Assembly: GCF_963921235.1 (NCBI RefSeq)
Contig: NC_086108.1
Coordinates: 110,424,001 to 110,488,000, forward strand
Direction: 5' to 3'
DNA: 64,000 nt
From: Mobula hypostoma
Taxonomy: Eukaryota
Positions 24,720 through 36,049 of this stretch are shown piece after piece (the stretch's first letter is position 1; each line of letters opens with the position of its first letter). The notes beneath the pieces were generated by a model that made no database searches, was not told the origin of the DNA, and saw nothing but the letters and a program-made list of their open reading frames with translations. The translations under genes were made by a program, and so were the position numbers.

Positions 24720-25280
24720 GCTTTACCCGTGATGGACTAGGTCGTATCCACTACTTGTTGGGAGTAGGCTAATGGCGAGAGTAGGAGTGTCAGGCTCTGG
24801 CTCAGAAGAGGCTTTGGCTCTGGGTAAGTTTCTGTTAAGGTTTCCTTTTTCTCTCTCTTGCTGTACTGAGTGTAGTAAATGGCTGTTGTGTGTTCTTCAT
24901 GCCGGATGTTAGAGTCCTGGGAGACCCGGAGTCTCCAAGGGAACAACATCTGTGTGAGGTGCATCCAGCTGCAGCTCCTCGAAGACCGTGTTAGAGATCT
25001 GGAGCAGCATCTGGACGGCCTTCAGCTCGTACAGAAGAGTGAGGAGAAAATTGATCAGAGTTACAGGGAAGAGACTCCTGGATGGGTACATGGAGCTTAG
25101 AAAAACAAAGGGCTGTGGATAAACCTAGGTAGTTCTGAGGTAAGGACATGTCCAGCATAGCTTTGTGGGCTGAAGGGCCTGTATTGTGCTGTAGGTTTTC
25201 TATGTTTCTGAGTAGTCACTCCAAAGTTGCAGGAGGCAAGTTGCTGGGTGACTGTCAGGAGAAATGGAAATATGAATAGG
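24720..25280 (+). mobile_element. CR1 5' UTR and ORF1 N-terminus remnant, interrupted by a short CR1 tail
   Basis: MAVVCSSCRM...CVRCIQLQLLEDRVRDLEQHL: Cys motif plus coiled coil. Confidence 0.7.
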
Positions 25281-25282
25281 CA

Positions 25283-25470
25283 AACAACAGGAATTCTGCA
25301 GATGCTGGAAATTCAAGCAACACACATCAAAGTTGCTGGTGAACGCAGCAGGCCAGGCAGCATCTCTAGGAAGAGGTACAGTCAACGTTTCAGGCCGAGA
25401 CCCTTTGTCAGGACTAACTGAAGGAAGAGTGAGTAAGGGATTTGAAAGCTGGAGGGGGAGGGGGAGATGT
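25283..25470 (-). mobile_element. Solo Penelope terminal fragment with a mutated hammerhead (25379-25415)
   Basis: Reverse complement closely matches 19380-19535. Confidence 0.85.
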
Positions 25471-25508
25471 TAGTTGGAATGTTATGTTGGAATTCTATTG
25501 GATGTTGG

Positions 25509-25747
25509 TGAAGCACCTTCAATAACTCCAGAAGACTGAGGTTTGGTAAAATACTGAAAGGCTTTTATTCGCTGTACAACACGACCTCCACAACCTCCAC
25601 TGTGAGTGTCTGCCCCCAGACTGAGGGGGAGGGGCAAGGCGAAACACCTTTATACAGGACTCTGTGGGAGGAGCCACAGGGGCAGTCAGCAGAGGGGCGT
25701 GTCCAGACAGTTAACCCAGTTACAACATATATATATGGTTTACTACA
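25509..25747 (-). mobile_element. Solo LTR, 239 bp
   Basis: TG...CA ends, perfect GTTGG TSD (25504-25508 and 25748-25752), TATAAA then AATAAA on the minus strand; interrupts a CR1 fragment. Confidence 0.85.
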
Positions 25748-25752
25748 GTTGG

Positions 25753-26700
25753 TAAGGCCTAATTTGGAGTATTGTGTCCAGTTTTAGTCACCTACCTACA
25801 GGAAGGCTGTAAATAAGATTGAAAGTTACCAGGACTTGAGGACCTGAGGTGTAGGGGAAGGTTGATTGGGTTCGGTCTTATCGTTTTGTGGTAACATGTT
25901 CTGGTTGCCTCATTCTAGAAAGGATGTGGAAGTGTTCGAGGGGACGCAGAGCATACTGCCTGGATTAGAAAGCGCGTCCTTTGAGGAAAGGTTGAACGAG
26001 CTGGGGATTTTCTCTTTGGAGAGAAGGAGGATGAGAGGTGAGTTGAAGGAGGTGTGGAAGATGATAGATCGAGAGGACAACCAGAGACTTTCCCCGGGTT
26101 AATATGAGGGGGCATCATTTTAAGGTAATTGGAAGAAAGCTTGGGGTGAATGTTCCTTACACAGAGAGTGGTGAGTGGTGGGACATGCTGCTGGGGGCAG
26201 TGGGAAAGGCAGATACATTAAAGAAACTCTTAGATAGGCACATTGATGACAGAAAATGGAGGGCTGTGTGGGAGGGAAGGGTTAGATTGATGTTGGAATA
26301 GGCTAAAAGTTCTCCACAACACCGTGGCAATAGGTGAGGATTCCCTGGAGCGTAAGAGAATGAGGAGAGATTTGATAAAGGTATACAAAATTATGAGGGG
26401 TATAGGTAGGGAAAATGCAAGCTGGCATTTTCCACTGAGGTTGAGTGAGATTAGAGTTCATAGGTTAAGGGTGAAAGGTGAATCTAATGGGAACATGAGG
26501 GGGTTCTTCATGCAGAGAGTGATGAGAGTGTGAAACGAGCTGCCAGTGGAAGTGGTGGGTGTGGGTTTGATTGCAACATTTAAGAGAAATTTGTCTAAGT
26601 TCAGTGAATGGATGGAGGGGTGGGGAGAGCTATGGTTCAGATGCAGGTTGATGGGATCAGGCAGAATAATATTTTGGCGCAGACTAGATGGGCTGAAGCT
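25753..26700 (+). mobile_element. Tandem decayed CR1 3' fragments
   Basis: RPNLEYCVQF, FSLERRRMRG, RGHHFKV, repeated CR1 tails. Confidence 0.75.
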
Positions 26701-26869
26701 GTAAGAATAAGGGAATAAAACTCTCCTACCTGGCTCAGCCTACATCGTTCCTCATCTAAGAGCTACGAAACAGGGGGCAGGAGAAGTGTCAAACAACCAT
26801 TCCAATCAACTTTCAATTATTCACTCTCATATCAGTCATTGTCATCCTAAGAAAATGTCTCTAGTTGTC

Positions 26870-27345
26870 CACTCGATCTCTGCCTCTTATCATCTTGTAC
26901 ACCTCTATCAAGTCACCACTCCTCCTCCTCCACTCGAAAGAGAAAATCCTGAGCTCACTTAACCTATCCGCATAAGACATGCAATCGAGTCCAGGCAGCA
27001 TCTTGGTACGTCTCCTCTGCACCTTTCTAAAGTTCCCACATCCGACCAGAACTAAACATGTGTGGGCTGACCAGCTGCAATGTTACCTCAGGGCTCCTGA
27101 GTTCAATCCCCCAACTAATGAAGGCATCATATGCTTTATTAATCACCATATCAACTTGTGTGGCAACTTTGTTAGATCTACGAACATTGACCTTATGGTG
27201 TCTCTGTTCCTACACTCTGCTAAGAATCCTGTTATTAACCCTGTATTCTGCCTTCAAGTTCGAAGCTTCTGGGTTGAACTCTATCTGCCACTTGGCAGCC
27301 CTGCTCTGCATCCCGTCAATGTTCCATTGTAACCTATGACAACCA
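26870..27345 (-). mobile_element. Decayed CR1 RT fragment
   Basis: Similar to 42290-42830. Confidence 0.65.
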
Positions 27346-28177
27346 TTTCAAAGTTCAAAGTTTGAAGTATGTATAAATTATACATCCTCGAGATTTGTCT
27401 GCTGACAGGCAGTCACAAAGCAAGAAACCTGAAAGAACGCAATTAAAAAAAAGACCAACTCCCGATGCGCAGGGAAAGAGAAAAAACACAAATCATGCAG
27501 ACAATAGAAGCAAGTAACAGCGTCCCGAACCAAACTGAGTCCATAGACCCAAGTCCCAGAGCAGCAGGAGTAGAACCCAAAGCCTCAATCTCAGTTCATC
27601 ACGTAGCAAATGTCATGAAGCTCATAGACATGGAGCCAGCGAAATCAACCTGACACCCTGCTTTTCCAGTCAATCTGGACTGGCGCTTAAATTGTCCAAA
27701 CACTGGGTCACGCCAAGCACTGGGAACCAGACCCTGCCACAGCGATATACTGAGGGCCGTTCTCGACCTTTCCAAGTTGGCTCAGCACTTAGAGTGACCC
27801 AATCTCACACCTAGTTTAGGTGGACGGGCATTGAAACTCCTCTGCCTTGGTTCCCCTTCAAATCACTCGCTCGAACTCTGACACCAACACCATCTCCGTC
27901 TCTGACACCATCTCAAACATGTTACGCTCTGATCTTGCAATGCACCAGCACAGCTGAACCCTCGAGTCAGCCTCGCCTTCACGCGCCTCTTCATTATTTG
28001 CGGTGACAGTTTACCACAACTTACCTCAGCAAAGGTGTTATTAATAATATTTTCAGTCATATTTCTTGCCTTTTGAGCTACCGGTAAGCTGTTGCACAGG
28101 AGGAAGTTTTGCTGGCGACTCTGTCTTCACTGATCACATGACCCTGCCTTCCAAGAGCTAAATCCGGCTGGAATGCA

Positions 28178-29340
28178 GATGAGGTTCACCAGAATGCTGC
28201 CTGGCTTAGAGAGCAGGTACTATAGTTAGATTATGAGGACACGCAGTCCTCTTTTATTGTCATTTAGTAATGCATGCATTAAGAAATGATACAATGTTCC
28301 TCCAGTATGATATCACAGAAACACAAGACAAACCAAGATTGAAAAACTGACAAAAACCACATAATTATAACATATAGTTACAACAGTGCAAGCAATACCA
28401 TAACTTGATAGAAGAACAGACCATGGGCACAGTAAAAAGTCTCAAAGTCTCTTGAAAGTCCCAACATCTCACGCATACGGTAGAAGGAAGAAAACTCTCC
28501 CTGCCATGAGCTTCCAGCGCCGCAAACTTGCTGATGCAGCTTCCTGGAAGCACCCGACCACAGTCTGATCCTCAGTCTGTCCGAAAACTGAGCCTCCAAC
28601 CAGCCCTCCGACACCGAGCATCGAGCACCATCTCTGCTGAGCGCTTCGACCCCGGCTCTAGCCGCCAGCAACAGGCAAAGCCGAGGATTTGGGACCTTCC
28701 CCTCCAGAGATTTCCGATCGCACAGTAGCAGCAGCAGCGAAGCGGGCATTTCAGAAGATTCTCCAGATGTTCCTCTGTGCTTCTCATGTCTGTCTCCATC
28801 AAATCAGGATTGTGCACGGCCCCCTATTTGACAAATACGCTATCATTTCACCAGAGAGGCCGTGCACGCTGCGTCGCGTTGCCATCTTCTCCTCCCTCCT
28901 GAGAGGTTGGAGAGACTTGGGTTGTTTTCTCTGGAGTGGAGGAGGCTGAGGGGAGATCTGACAGAGGTTTATAAGATTATGAGAGGCATAGACAGAGTAG
29001 ACAGGCAGTATCTTTTTCCCAGGGTTGAGATGTATAATACCTGAGGGCATGCAATGAATGTGAAAGGGGATGATTTCAAATGAAATGTGAGCAACAAGTT
29101 TTTTTACACAGGGCTCCTAGAATGCACTACTTGGGGTGGTGGTAGAGGCAGATACATTAGAGACTTTTAAGAAACATTTAGATAGGCACATGAATGTGAG
29201 GAAAATGGGGGGATATGGACATTGTGTAGGCAGAAGGGATTAGTTTAGATGGCCATTTGATTACTAATTTAATTGGTTCAGCACAACATTGTGGGCTGAA
29301 GGGCCTGTTCCTGTAATGTACTGTTCTATGTTCTATGCTC
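28178..29340 (+). mobile_element. CR1 3' fragment split by the 28226-28900 insertion
   Basis: ERLERLGLFSLEWRRLRGDL resumes at 28901; (TTCTATG)n tail near 29325. Confidence 0.8.
28226..28900 (-). mobile_element. Non-autonomous retroposon, copy B
   Basis: Head AGGAGGGAGGAGAAGATGGC; tail AATAAA + GAGGAC/GTCCTC hairpin; cleanly interrupts a CR1. Confidence 0.85.
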
Positions 29341-29566
29341 TAATTATTCCCTGTGCTTAAACTGCAGATAGTGTTATCTGGCAGTATTTTACCACAGAAG
29401 CGTGTCGAATTAAAAGACTGAGCCTTGAGACTTATACCTCATTTAGAGATCAAATTGCTGAAAGTGATGGCTCTATTTTTAAGACTTTTATTTTAAAACA
29501 CCAAGTGCTAATAGCCTCATTTGAGAAGATGTTACAGTATTCTGCCAGATGATATGAGGAGTGTTT

Positions 29567-32500
29567 AGAAACATAGAAACATAGAAAATAGGTGCAGGAG
29601 TAGGCCATTCGGCCCTTCGAGCCTGCACCGCCATTTATTATGATCATGGCTGATCATCCAACTCAGAACCCAGCCTTCCCTCCATACCCCCTGACCCCTG
29701 TAGCCACAAGGGCCATATCTAACTTCCTTTTAAACATAGCTAATGAACTGGCCTCAACAGTTTGCTGTGGCAGAGAATTCCACAGATTCACCACTCTCTG
29801 TGTGAAGAAGTTTTTCCTAACCTCGGTCCTAAAAGGCTTCCCCTCTATCCTCAAACTGTGACCCCTCGTTCTAGACCTCCCCAACATCGGGAACAATCTT
29901 CCCGCATCTAGCCTGTCCAATCCCTTTAGGATCTTATACGTTTCAATCAGATCCCCCCTCAATCTTCTAAATTCCAACGAGTACAAGCCCAGTTCATCCA
30001 GTCTTTCTTCATATGAAAGACCTGCCATCCCAGGAATCAATCTGGTGAACCTTCTTTGTACTCCCTCTATGGCAAAGATGTCTTTCCTCAGATTAGGGGA
30101 CCAAAACTGCACACAATACTCCAGGTGTGGTCTCACCAAGGCCTTGTACAACTGCAGTAGTACCTCCCTGCTCCTGTACTCGAATCCTCTCGCTATAAAT
30201 GCCAGCATACCGTTCGCCTTTTTCACCGCCTGCTGTACCTGCATGCCCACTTTCAATGACTGGTGTATAATGACACCCAGGTCTCGTTGCACCTCCCCTT
30301 TTCCTAATTGGCCACCATTCAGATAATAATCTGTTTTCCTATTTTTGCCACCAAAGTGGATAACTTCACATTTATCCACATTACATTGCATCTGCCATGA
30401 GTTTGCCCACTCACCCAACCTATCCAAGTCACCCTGCATCCTCTTAGCATCCTCCTCACTGCTAACACTGCCACCCAGCTTTGTGTCATCCGCAAACTTG
30501 GAGATGCTGCATTTAATTCCCTCATCCAAGTCATTAATATATATTGTAAACAACTGGGGTCCCAGCACTGAGCCTTGCGGTACCCCACTAGTCACCGCCT
30601 GCCATTCTGAAAAGGTCCCGTTTATTCCCACTCTTTGCTTCCTGTCTGCTAACCAATTCTCCACCCACACCAATACCTTACCCCCAATACCGTGTGCTTT
30701 AAGTTTGCACACTAATCTCCTATGTGGGACCTTGTCAAAAGCCTTTTGAAAATCCAAATATACCACATCCACTGGTTCTCCCCTATCCACTCTACTAGTT
30801 ACATCCTCAAAAAATTCTATGAGATTCGTCAGACATGATTTTCCTTTCACAAATCCATGCTGACTTTGTCCGATCATTTCACCGCTTTCCAAATGTGCTG
30901 TTATCACATCCTTGATAACTGACTCCAGCAGTTTCCCCACCACCGACGTTAGGCTAACCGGCCTATAATTCCCCGGTTTCTCTCTCCCTCCTTTTTTAAA
31001 AAGTGGGGTTACATTAGCCACCCTCCAATCCTCAGGAACTAGTCCAGAATCTAACGAGTTTTGAAAAATTATCACTAATGCATCCACTATTTCTTGGGCC
31101 ACTTCCTTAAGCACTCTGGGATGCAGACCATCTGGCCCCGGGGATTTATCTGCCTTCAATCCCTTCAATTTACCTAACACCACTTCCCTACTAACATGTA
31201 TTTCGCTCAGTTCCTCCATCTCACTGGACCCTCTGTGCCTTACTATTTCTGGAAGATTATTTATGTCCTCCTTAGTGAAGACAGAACCAAAGTAATTATT
31301 CAATTGGTCTGCCATGTCCTTGCTCCCCATAATCAATTCACCTGTTTCTGTTTGCAGGGGACCTACATTTGTCTTTATCAGTCTTTTCCTTTTTACATAT
31401 CTATAAAAGCTTTTACAGTCCGTTTTTATGTTCTCTGCCAGTTTTCTCTCATAATCTTTTTTCCCCTTCCTAATTAAGCCCTTTGTCCTCCTCTGCTGAA
31501 CTCTGAATTTCTCCCAGTCCTCAGGTGAGCCACTTTCTCTGGCTAATTTGTATGCTACTTCTTTGGAATTGATACTATCCCTAATTTCTCTTGTCAGCCA
31601 CGGGTGCACTACCTTCCTTGATTTATTCTTTTGCCAAACTGGGATGAACAATTGTTGTAGTTCATCCATGCAACCTTTAAATGCCTGCCATTGCATATCC
31701 ACCGTCAATCCTTGAAGTGTCATTTGCCAGTCTATCTTAGCTAATTCACGTCTCATACCTTCAAAGTTACCCCTCTTTAAGTTCAGAACCTTTGTTTCTG
31801 AATTAACTACGTCAATCTCCATGTTAATGAAGAATTCCACCATATTATGGTCACTCTTACCCAAGGGGCCTCTCACAACAAGATCGCTAATTAACCCTTC
31901 CTCATTGCTCAAAACCCAGTCCAGAATAGCCTGCTCTCTAGTCGGTTCCTCGACATGTTGGTTCAAAAAACCATCCCGCATACATTCCAAGAAATCCTCT
32001 TCCTCAGCACCTTTACCAATTTGGTTCACCCAGTCTACATGTAGATTGAAGTCACCCATTATAACTGCTGTTCCTTTATTGCACACATTTCTAATTTCCT
32101 GTTTAATACCATCTCCGACCTCACTACTACTGTTAGGTGGCCTGTACACAACTCCCACCAGCGTCTTCTGCCCCTTAGTGTTACGCAGCTCTACCCATAT
32201 CGATTCCACATCTTCCCGGCTTATGTCCTTCCTTTCTATTGCGTTAATCTCTTTTTTAACCAGCAACGCCACCCCACCTCCCCTTCCTTCATGTCTATCC
32301 CTCCTGAATATTGAATATCCCTGAACGTTGAGCTCCCATCCCTGGTCACCCTGGAGCCATGTCTCTGTGATCCCAACTATATCATAATCATTAATAACAA
32401 TCTGCACTTTCAATTCATCCACCTTATTACGAATGCTCCTTGCATTGACACATAAAGCCTTCAGGCGCTCTTTTACAACTCTCTTAGCCCTTTTTAATGC

Positions 32501-32617
32501 TTGCCCTGGATTTGTCGGCCTGCCACTTTTACTTTTCCCCTTTGTACTTTTTGCTTCTACGCTCACTTTACACCCCTCTGTCTCTCTGCACTGGTTCCCA
32601 TCCCTCTGTTGTGAACT
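29567..32617 (-). mobile_element. Young CR1 LINE, copy 2, truncated just downstream of the ORF1/ORF2 junction
   Basis: Near-identical to 192-3243 at a constant offset of 29375; unrelated flanks. Confidence 0.95.
29663..32566 (-). CDS. CR1 ORF2 (APE + RT), uninterrupted but lacking its promoter and ORF1
   Basis: 967 codons; eight amino-acid differences from copy 1 found by eye. Confidence 0.9.
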   Translation of the reverse strand: MSVEAKSTKGKSKSGRPTNPGQALKRAKRVVKERLKALCVNARSIRNKVDELKVQIVINDYDIVGITETWLQGDQGWELNVQGYSIFRRDRHEGRGGGVALLVKKEINAIERKDISREDVESIWVELRNTKGQKTLVGVVYRPPNSSSEVGDGIKQEIRNVCNKGTAVIMGDFNLHVDWVNQIGKGAEEEDFLECMRDGFLNQHVEEPTREQAILDWVLSNEEGLISDLVVRGPLGKSDHNMVEFFINMEIDVVNSETKVLNLKRGNFEGMRRELAKIDWQMTLQGLTVDMQWQAFKGCMDELQQLFIPVWQKNKSRKVVHPWLTREIRDSINSKEVAYKLARESGSPEDWEKFRVQQRRTKGLIRKGKKDYERKLAENIKTDCKSFYRYVKRKRLIKTNVGPLQTETGELIMGSKDMADQLNNYFGSVFTKEDINNLPEIVRHRGSSEMEELSEIHVSREVVLGKLKGLKADKSPGPDGLHPRVLKEVAQEIVDALVIIFQNSLDSGLVPEDWRVANVTPLFKKGGREKPGNYRPVSLTSVVGKLLESVIKDVITAHLESGEMIGQSQHGFVKGKSCLTNLIEFFEDVTSRVDRGEPVDVVYLDFQKAFDKVPHRRLVCKLKAHGIGGKVLVWVENWLADRKQRVGINGTFSEWQAVTSGVPQGSVLGPQLFTIYINDLDEGIKCSISKFADDTKLGGSVSSEEDAKRMQGDLDRLGEWANSWQMQCNVDKCEVIHFGGKNRKTDYYLNGGQLGKGEVQRDLGVIIHQSLKVGMQVQQAVKKANGMLAFIARGFEYRSREVLLQLYKALVRPHLEYCVQFWSPNLRKDIFAIEGVQRRFTRLIPGMAGLSYEERLDELGLYSLEFRRLRGDLIETYKILKGLDRLDAGRLFPMLGRSRTRGHSLRIEGKPFRTEVRKNFFTQRVVNLWNSLPQQTVEASSLAMFKRKLDMALVATGVRGYGGKAGF

Positions 32618-32629
32618 ATTTGTTTGAAG

Positions 32630-32973
32630 GCTGTGGGCCTATACTCTGGTGTGGAGAGGATGCTTCATTTGGTGGGGGAGTCCAGCACCAGAAGGCACAG
32701 CCTCAGAATAGAGAGATGTCCCTTTAGAACAGAGATGAGGAGGAATTTCTTTAGCCAGAGGGTGGTGAATCTACAGACTTCATTGCCTCAGACAACTGTG
32801 GAGGCCAATTAATTGGGAATATTTAAAGTGAGGGTCGATAGGTTCTTGATTAGTCAGGGTGTCAAAGGTTATGGGGAGAAGGCAGGAGAATAGAGTTGAG
32901 AGGGATAACAAATCAGACATGATGAATTGACTCAATTGGCTAAATGGCCTAATTCTTCTATGTCTTATGGTCT
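32630..32973 (+). mobile_element. Older CR1 3' end
   Basis: HSLRIERCPFRTEMRRNFFSQRVVNL; tail tatgtcttatggtct. Confidence 0.8.
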
Positions 32974-32989
32974 GCAGAGAGTGATACTC

Positions 32990-33480
32990 AGAATTTGGTT
33001 TGTTTACACTGGCTAAGATGTCATGAAATCTGTTGTTTTTGCAGTGGTATTACATTGCAAAGACATAACATTATGATGAACTACATACATAAATAAATAA
33101 ACAGTACAAGTAAAAGGCATTACAAGGATTCACTGATTATTCAGAAATCTGATGGTGGAGGGGAAGGAGCTGTTCCTGATGTGTTGAGTGTGTGTCTTCA
33201 GGCTCCTGTTCCTCCTCCTCGTTGCTGGAAATGAGAAGAGGGGATGTCCTCGATGGTGAGGGCCCTTCATGATGGACATTGCCTTCTTGACACATTGCCT
33301 TTTGAAGGTGTCCTTGATGTTGGAGAGGCTGGTGCCTATGAAGGAGCTGCTTGAGTTTACAACACTCTGCAGCTCTTTCCATCCTGTTCTGTGGCCCCTT
33401 GTACCAGATAATGATGCAACCAGTTAGAACGCTCTCCATGATAAATCCATAGAAATTTGCCAGAATCTTTGATAGTATCA
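32990..33480 (-). mobile_element. Rex1/Babar 3' fragment
   Basis: NFYGFIMESVLTGCIIIWY; similar to 7437-7760. Confidence 0.75.
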
Positions 33481-33689
33481 CCTTTAGCCCAGTGGTTTCT
33501 TTCTGATGAAGATTGTGGGTTCAAGGCCCGCTGCAGAGACTGCAGTGTAAGATTCAGACAGATTCTTCATTGCATTATGATTGACCACTGGGTCTGGCTG
33601 TGCCCATGATGGGCTGCTTGGCGAGAGTCCTTAGTGAGGAAGGAAACACGTTGGTGTGCTTTTTGCTTGAACCATCTCGCTTCAGAATT

Positions 33690-33838
33690 CATAAACACAA
33701 GAGATTCTGCAGATGCTGGAAATCCAGAGCAACACACCCAAAATACTGGAGGAACTCAAGAGCATCTGTGGAAATGAATAAACAGTTGACATTTTGGGCT
33801 GAGGTTCTTCCGTCAGGATGAAAGGAAAGGGGGAAGAT
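33690..33838 (-). mobile_element. Solo Penelope terminal fragment with a degenerate hammerhead
   Basis: tctgcagatgctggaaatccagagcaacacac...ctggaggaactc motif. Confidence 0.75.
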
Positions 33839-34314
33839 GTCCTTGTTCTTTCTTTAGAAAGGAAGAGTTCTGAAGGTTAGTTTTGAACTCACCAATTCTG
33901 ACGCAAACTGGAACAGCTGTCTATCTGAAAGTGCTGAATCCTATACTGAGTTATGAGGGCTGCCGACACGTGTGGATGGAAGTGAAAAAGTTGCTCCTTC
34001 TCTGCAATAAATGCGGAGTCTGGGGACTGAAAGGTGAGAGTGGGTATGGAGCAGAGAGTTACAAGATTCAAGGTTCAAGATTGTTTAATGTCATTTCCAG
34101 TACACCGTGTAATGGAGAATGAAATAATTGTTACTCTGGATCTGATGCAGCACAAAAAACACAATAAGATAAATAACACAATAATAAAAAAAAGCCAATA
34201 TAAATATAAATGCACAGGATAGCTTCTGTACATAGATTGATTGGATGTCCATAAAGTGATGTTAGGCACAGGAGAGTCTGTACATAAGGTGATGCTGACA
34301 GGAAATGATAAAGT

Positions 34315-34830
34315 AGTGGTGGTCGGGGGTGTGGAGGGGTGGATTAGTGAGTGGGGGTGTGGAGGGGTGGGTTAGTGGTCGGGGGTGTGGAGGGGTGGGT
34401 TAGTGGTTGGGGGGTGTGGAGGGGTGGGTTAGTGGGTGGAGGTGTGGGGGGTGGGTTAGTGAGTGGGGGTGTGGAGGGGTGGGTTAGTGGTCGGGGGTGT
34501 GGAGGGGTGGGTTAGTGGTCGGGGGTGTGGAAGGGTGGATTAGTGAGTGGGGGTGTGGAGGGGTGGGTTAGTGGTCGGGGGTGTGGAGGGGTGGGTTAGT
34601 GGTTGGGGGGTGTGGAGGGGTGGGTTAGTGGGTGGAGGTGTGGGGGGTGGGTTAGTGAGTGGGGGTGTGGAGGGGTGGGTTAGTGGTCGGGGGTGTGGAA
34701 GGGTGGATTAGTGAGTGGGGGTGTGGAGGGGTGGGTTAGTGGTCGGGTGTGTGGAGGGGTGGGTTAGTGGTTGGGGGTGTGGGGGGTGGGTTAGTGGTCG
34801 GGTGTGTGGAGGGGTGGGTTAGTGTGTGGA
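34315..34830 (+). repeat. G-rich 28-bp minisatellite, about 18 units, inside a Rex1/Babar 3' UTR (34063-34890)
   Basis: Consensus GGGGGTGTGGAGGGGTGGGTTAGTGGTC. Confidence 0.95.
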
Positions 34831-36049
34831 GGTGTTGATCAGCCTCACTGCTTGGGGAGAGTAACTGTTTTTGAGTCTGGTGGTCCTGGTGAGGATGAAA
34901 ACAGTCGGCGACTGTTTCGGAGACCTCCTGTGGGAACTGAATTTAGGGGCTGTGCAATAGTGATCACCCAAGCTACATTTGGTTTTTCATATGTAGGGAC
35001 CACACCCCAAACATGGAAGGGAGGAGCAATAGAACATTATGGCACAGCAGAGCTGTCGGCTGGCATGGACCAATTGCGCTGAATGTTCTGTTTCTGTGCT
35101 GCGTGGCTACGTCCTTCTGTCAACTCTAACTTACCGTGGAGATGGACTGGATGGAAGGAAGTGACAAGCGCGAGATGGGAGGTAAATGTTCTTGAACCTG
35201 GTAGTGTGGGACTCGCGGTGTCTGTACTTTCTGAATGGGTGGCAGTGCAAGAAGATGGCATGGCCCAGATGATGGGGATATTTGAGGGTGGATGTTGCCT
35301 TCCTGAGGTTGTGAGGGATGTATGGGGCAGGGTCCACTACACTGCAGCATCCTGTGTTTCTGTGCATTCGACTTGCCACACCAGACCGTGATACAACCAG
35401 TCAGGATACTTTCAACAGTACAGCTGCAGAAATCTGTTAGAGTGTTCGGTGACAAGTTGGACCTCCATAATCTCCTAAGGAAGTAAAGATGTTGGTGCAC
35501 GTCAAGTGATTGTGTTTGTGAGCTGAACCTTGGGATGGGGATCTTCAGGCCCCTGTACCTTCTCAATTTATCTCTGATAGCTTTCTGAATATTCCTTTGG
35601 AAAGTGTAAATCAATCCCAGATTCCTGGGGTCCTGGGGTTGGGTGAGTGAGAGGTCAATGTGGGCGGTTGGAGAAGACGGAGGTGATTCAGCAGGTCTGG
35701 ATGTCATACTCCAGTGGATGATAACCAGATCAGCGGGTGCTGGGAATGAAGATCTGTGATTCCTGAGGTGAAGATCTGAAGCCAGCTGGTCCCCAAGGAG
35801 GAGGGCAGGTGACCACTGAGGTTGGCAAGCCCCAGTTTGCAACGAGGGGCCAGTGATCCCCAGTGGGGTTGGGAAGTAAAAAGAGGTTTGTTTTGCTGTT
35901 GTTATGTCTGTCCTGTTGGCTGTTAGCTGTGTGTTGTTCTGCTCCACCTGGTGGACATGTTGTGTTGGCTCCAGAATGTGAGCTACGCTTGTGGGCTGCC
36001 CCCAGCACATCCATGGACTGCATGGACTGTGTTGGTTATTAATGCAAGC

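Noticed and set aside
29377..29550. 12-bp imperfect inverted repeat and a MEF2-like CTATTTTTAA
   Set aside because: Too short, no TSD, single occurrence; compatible with chance.
189..32617. Segmental duplication as the origin of the twin 3-kb sequences
   Set aside because: Identity stops at the LINE tail and at different 5' truncation points; flanks are unrelated.
34315..34830. Interstitial telomere
   Set aside because: GGGTTAG occurs once per 28-bp unit, not as (TTAGGG)n, and the unit derives from a LINE UTR.
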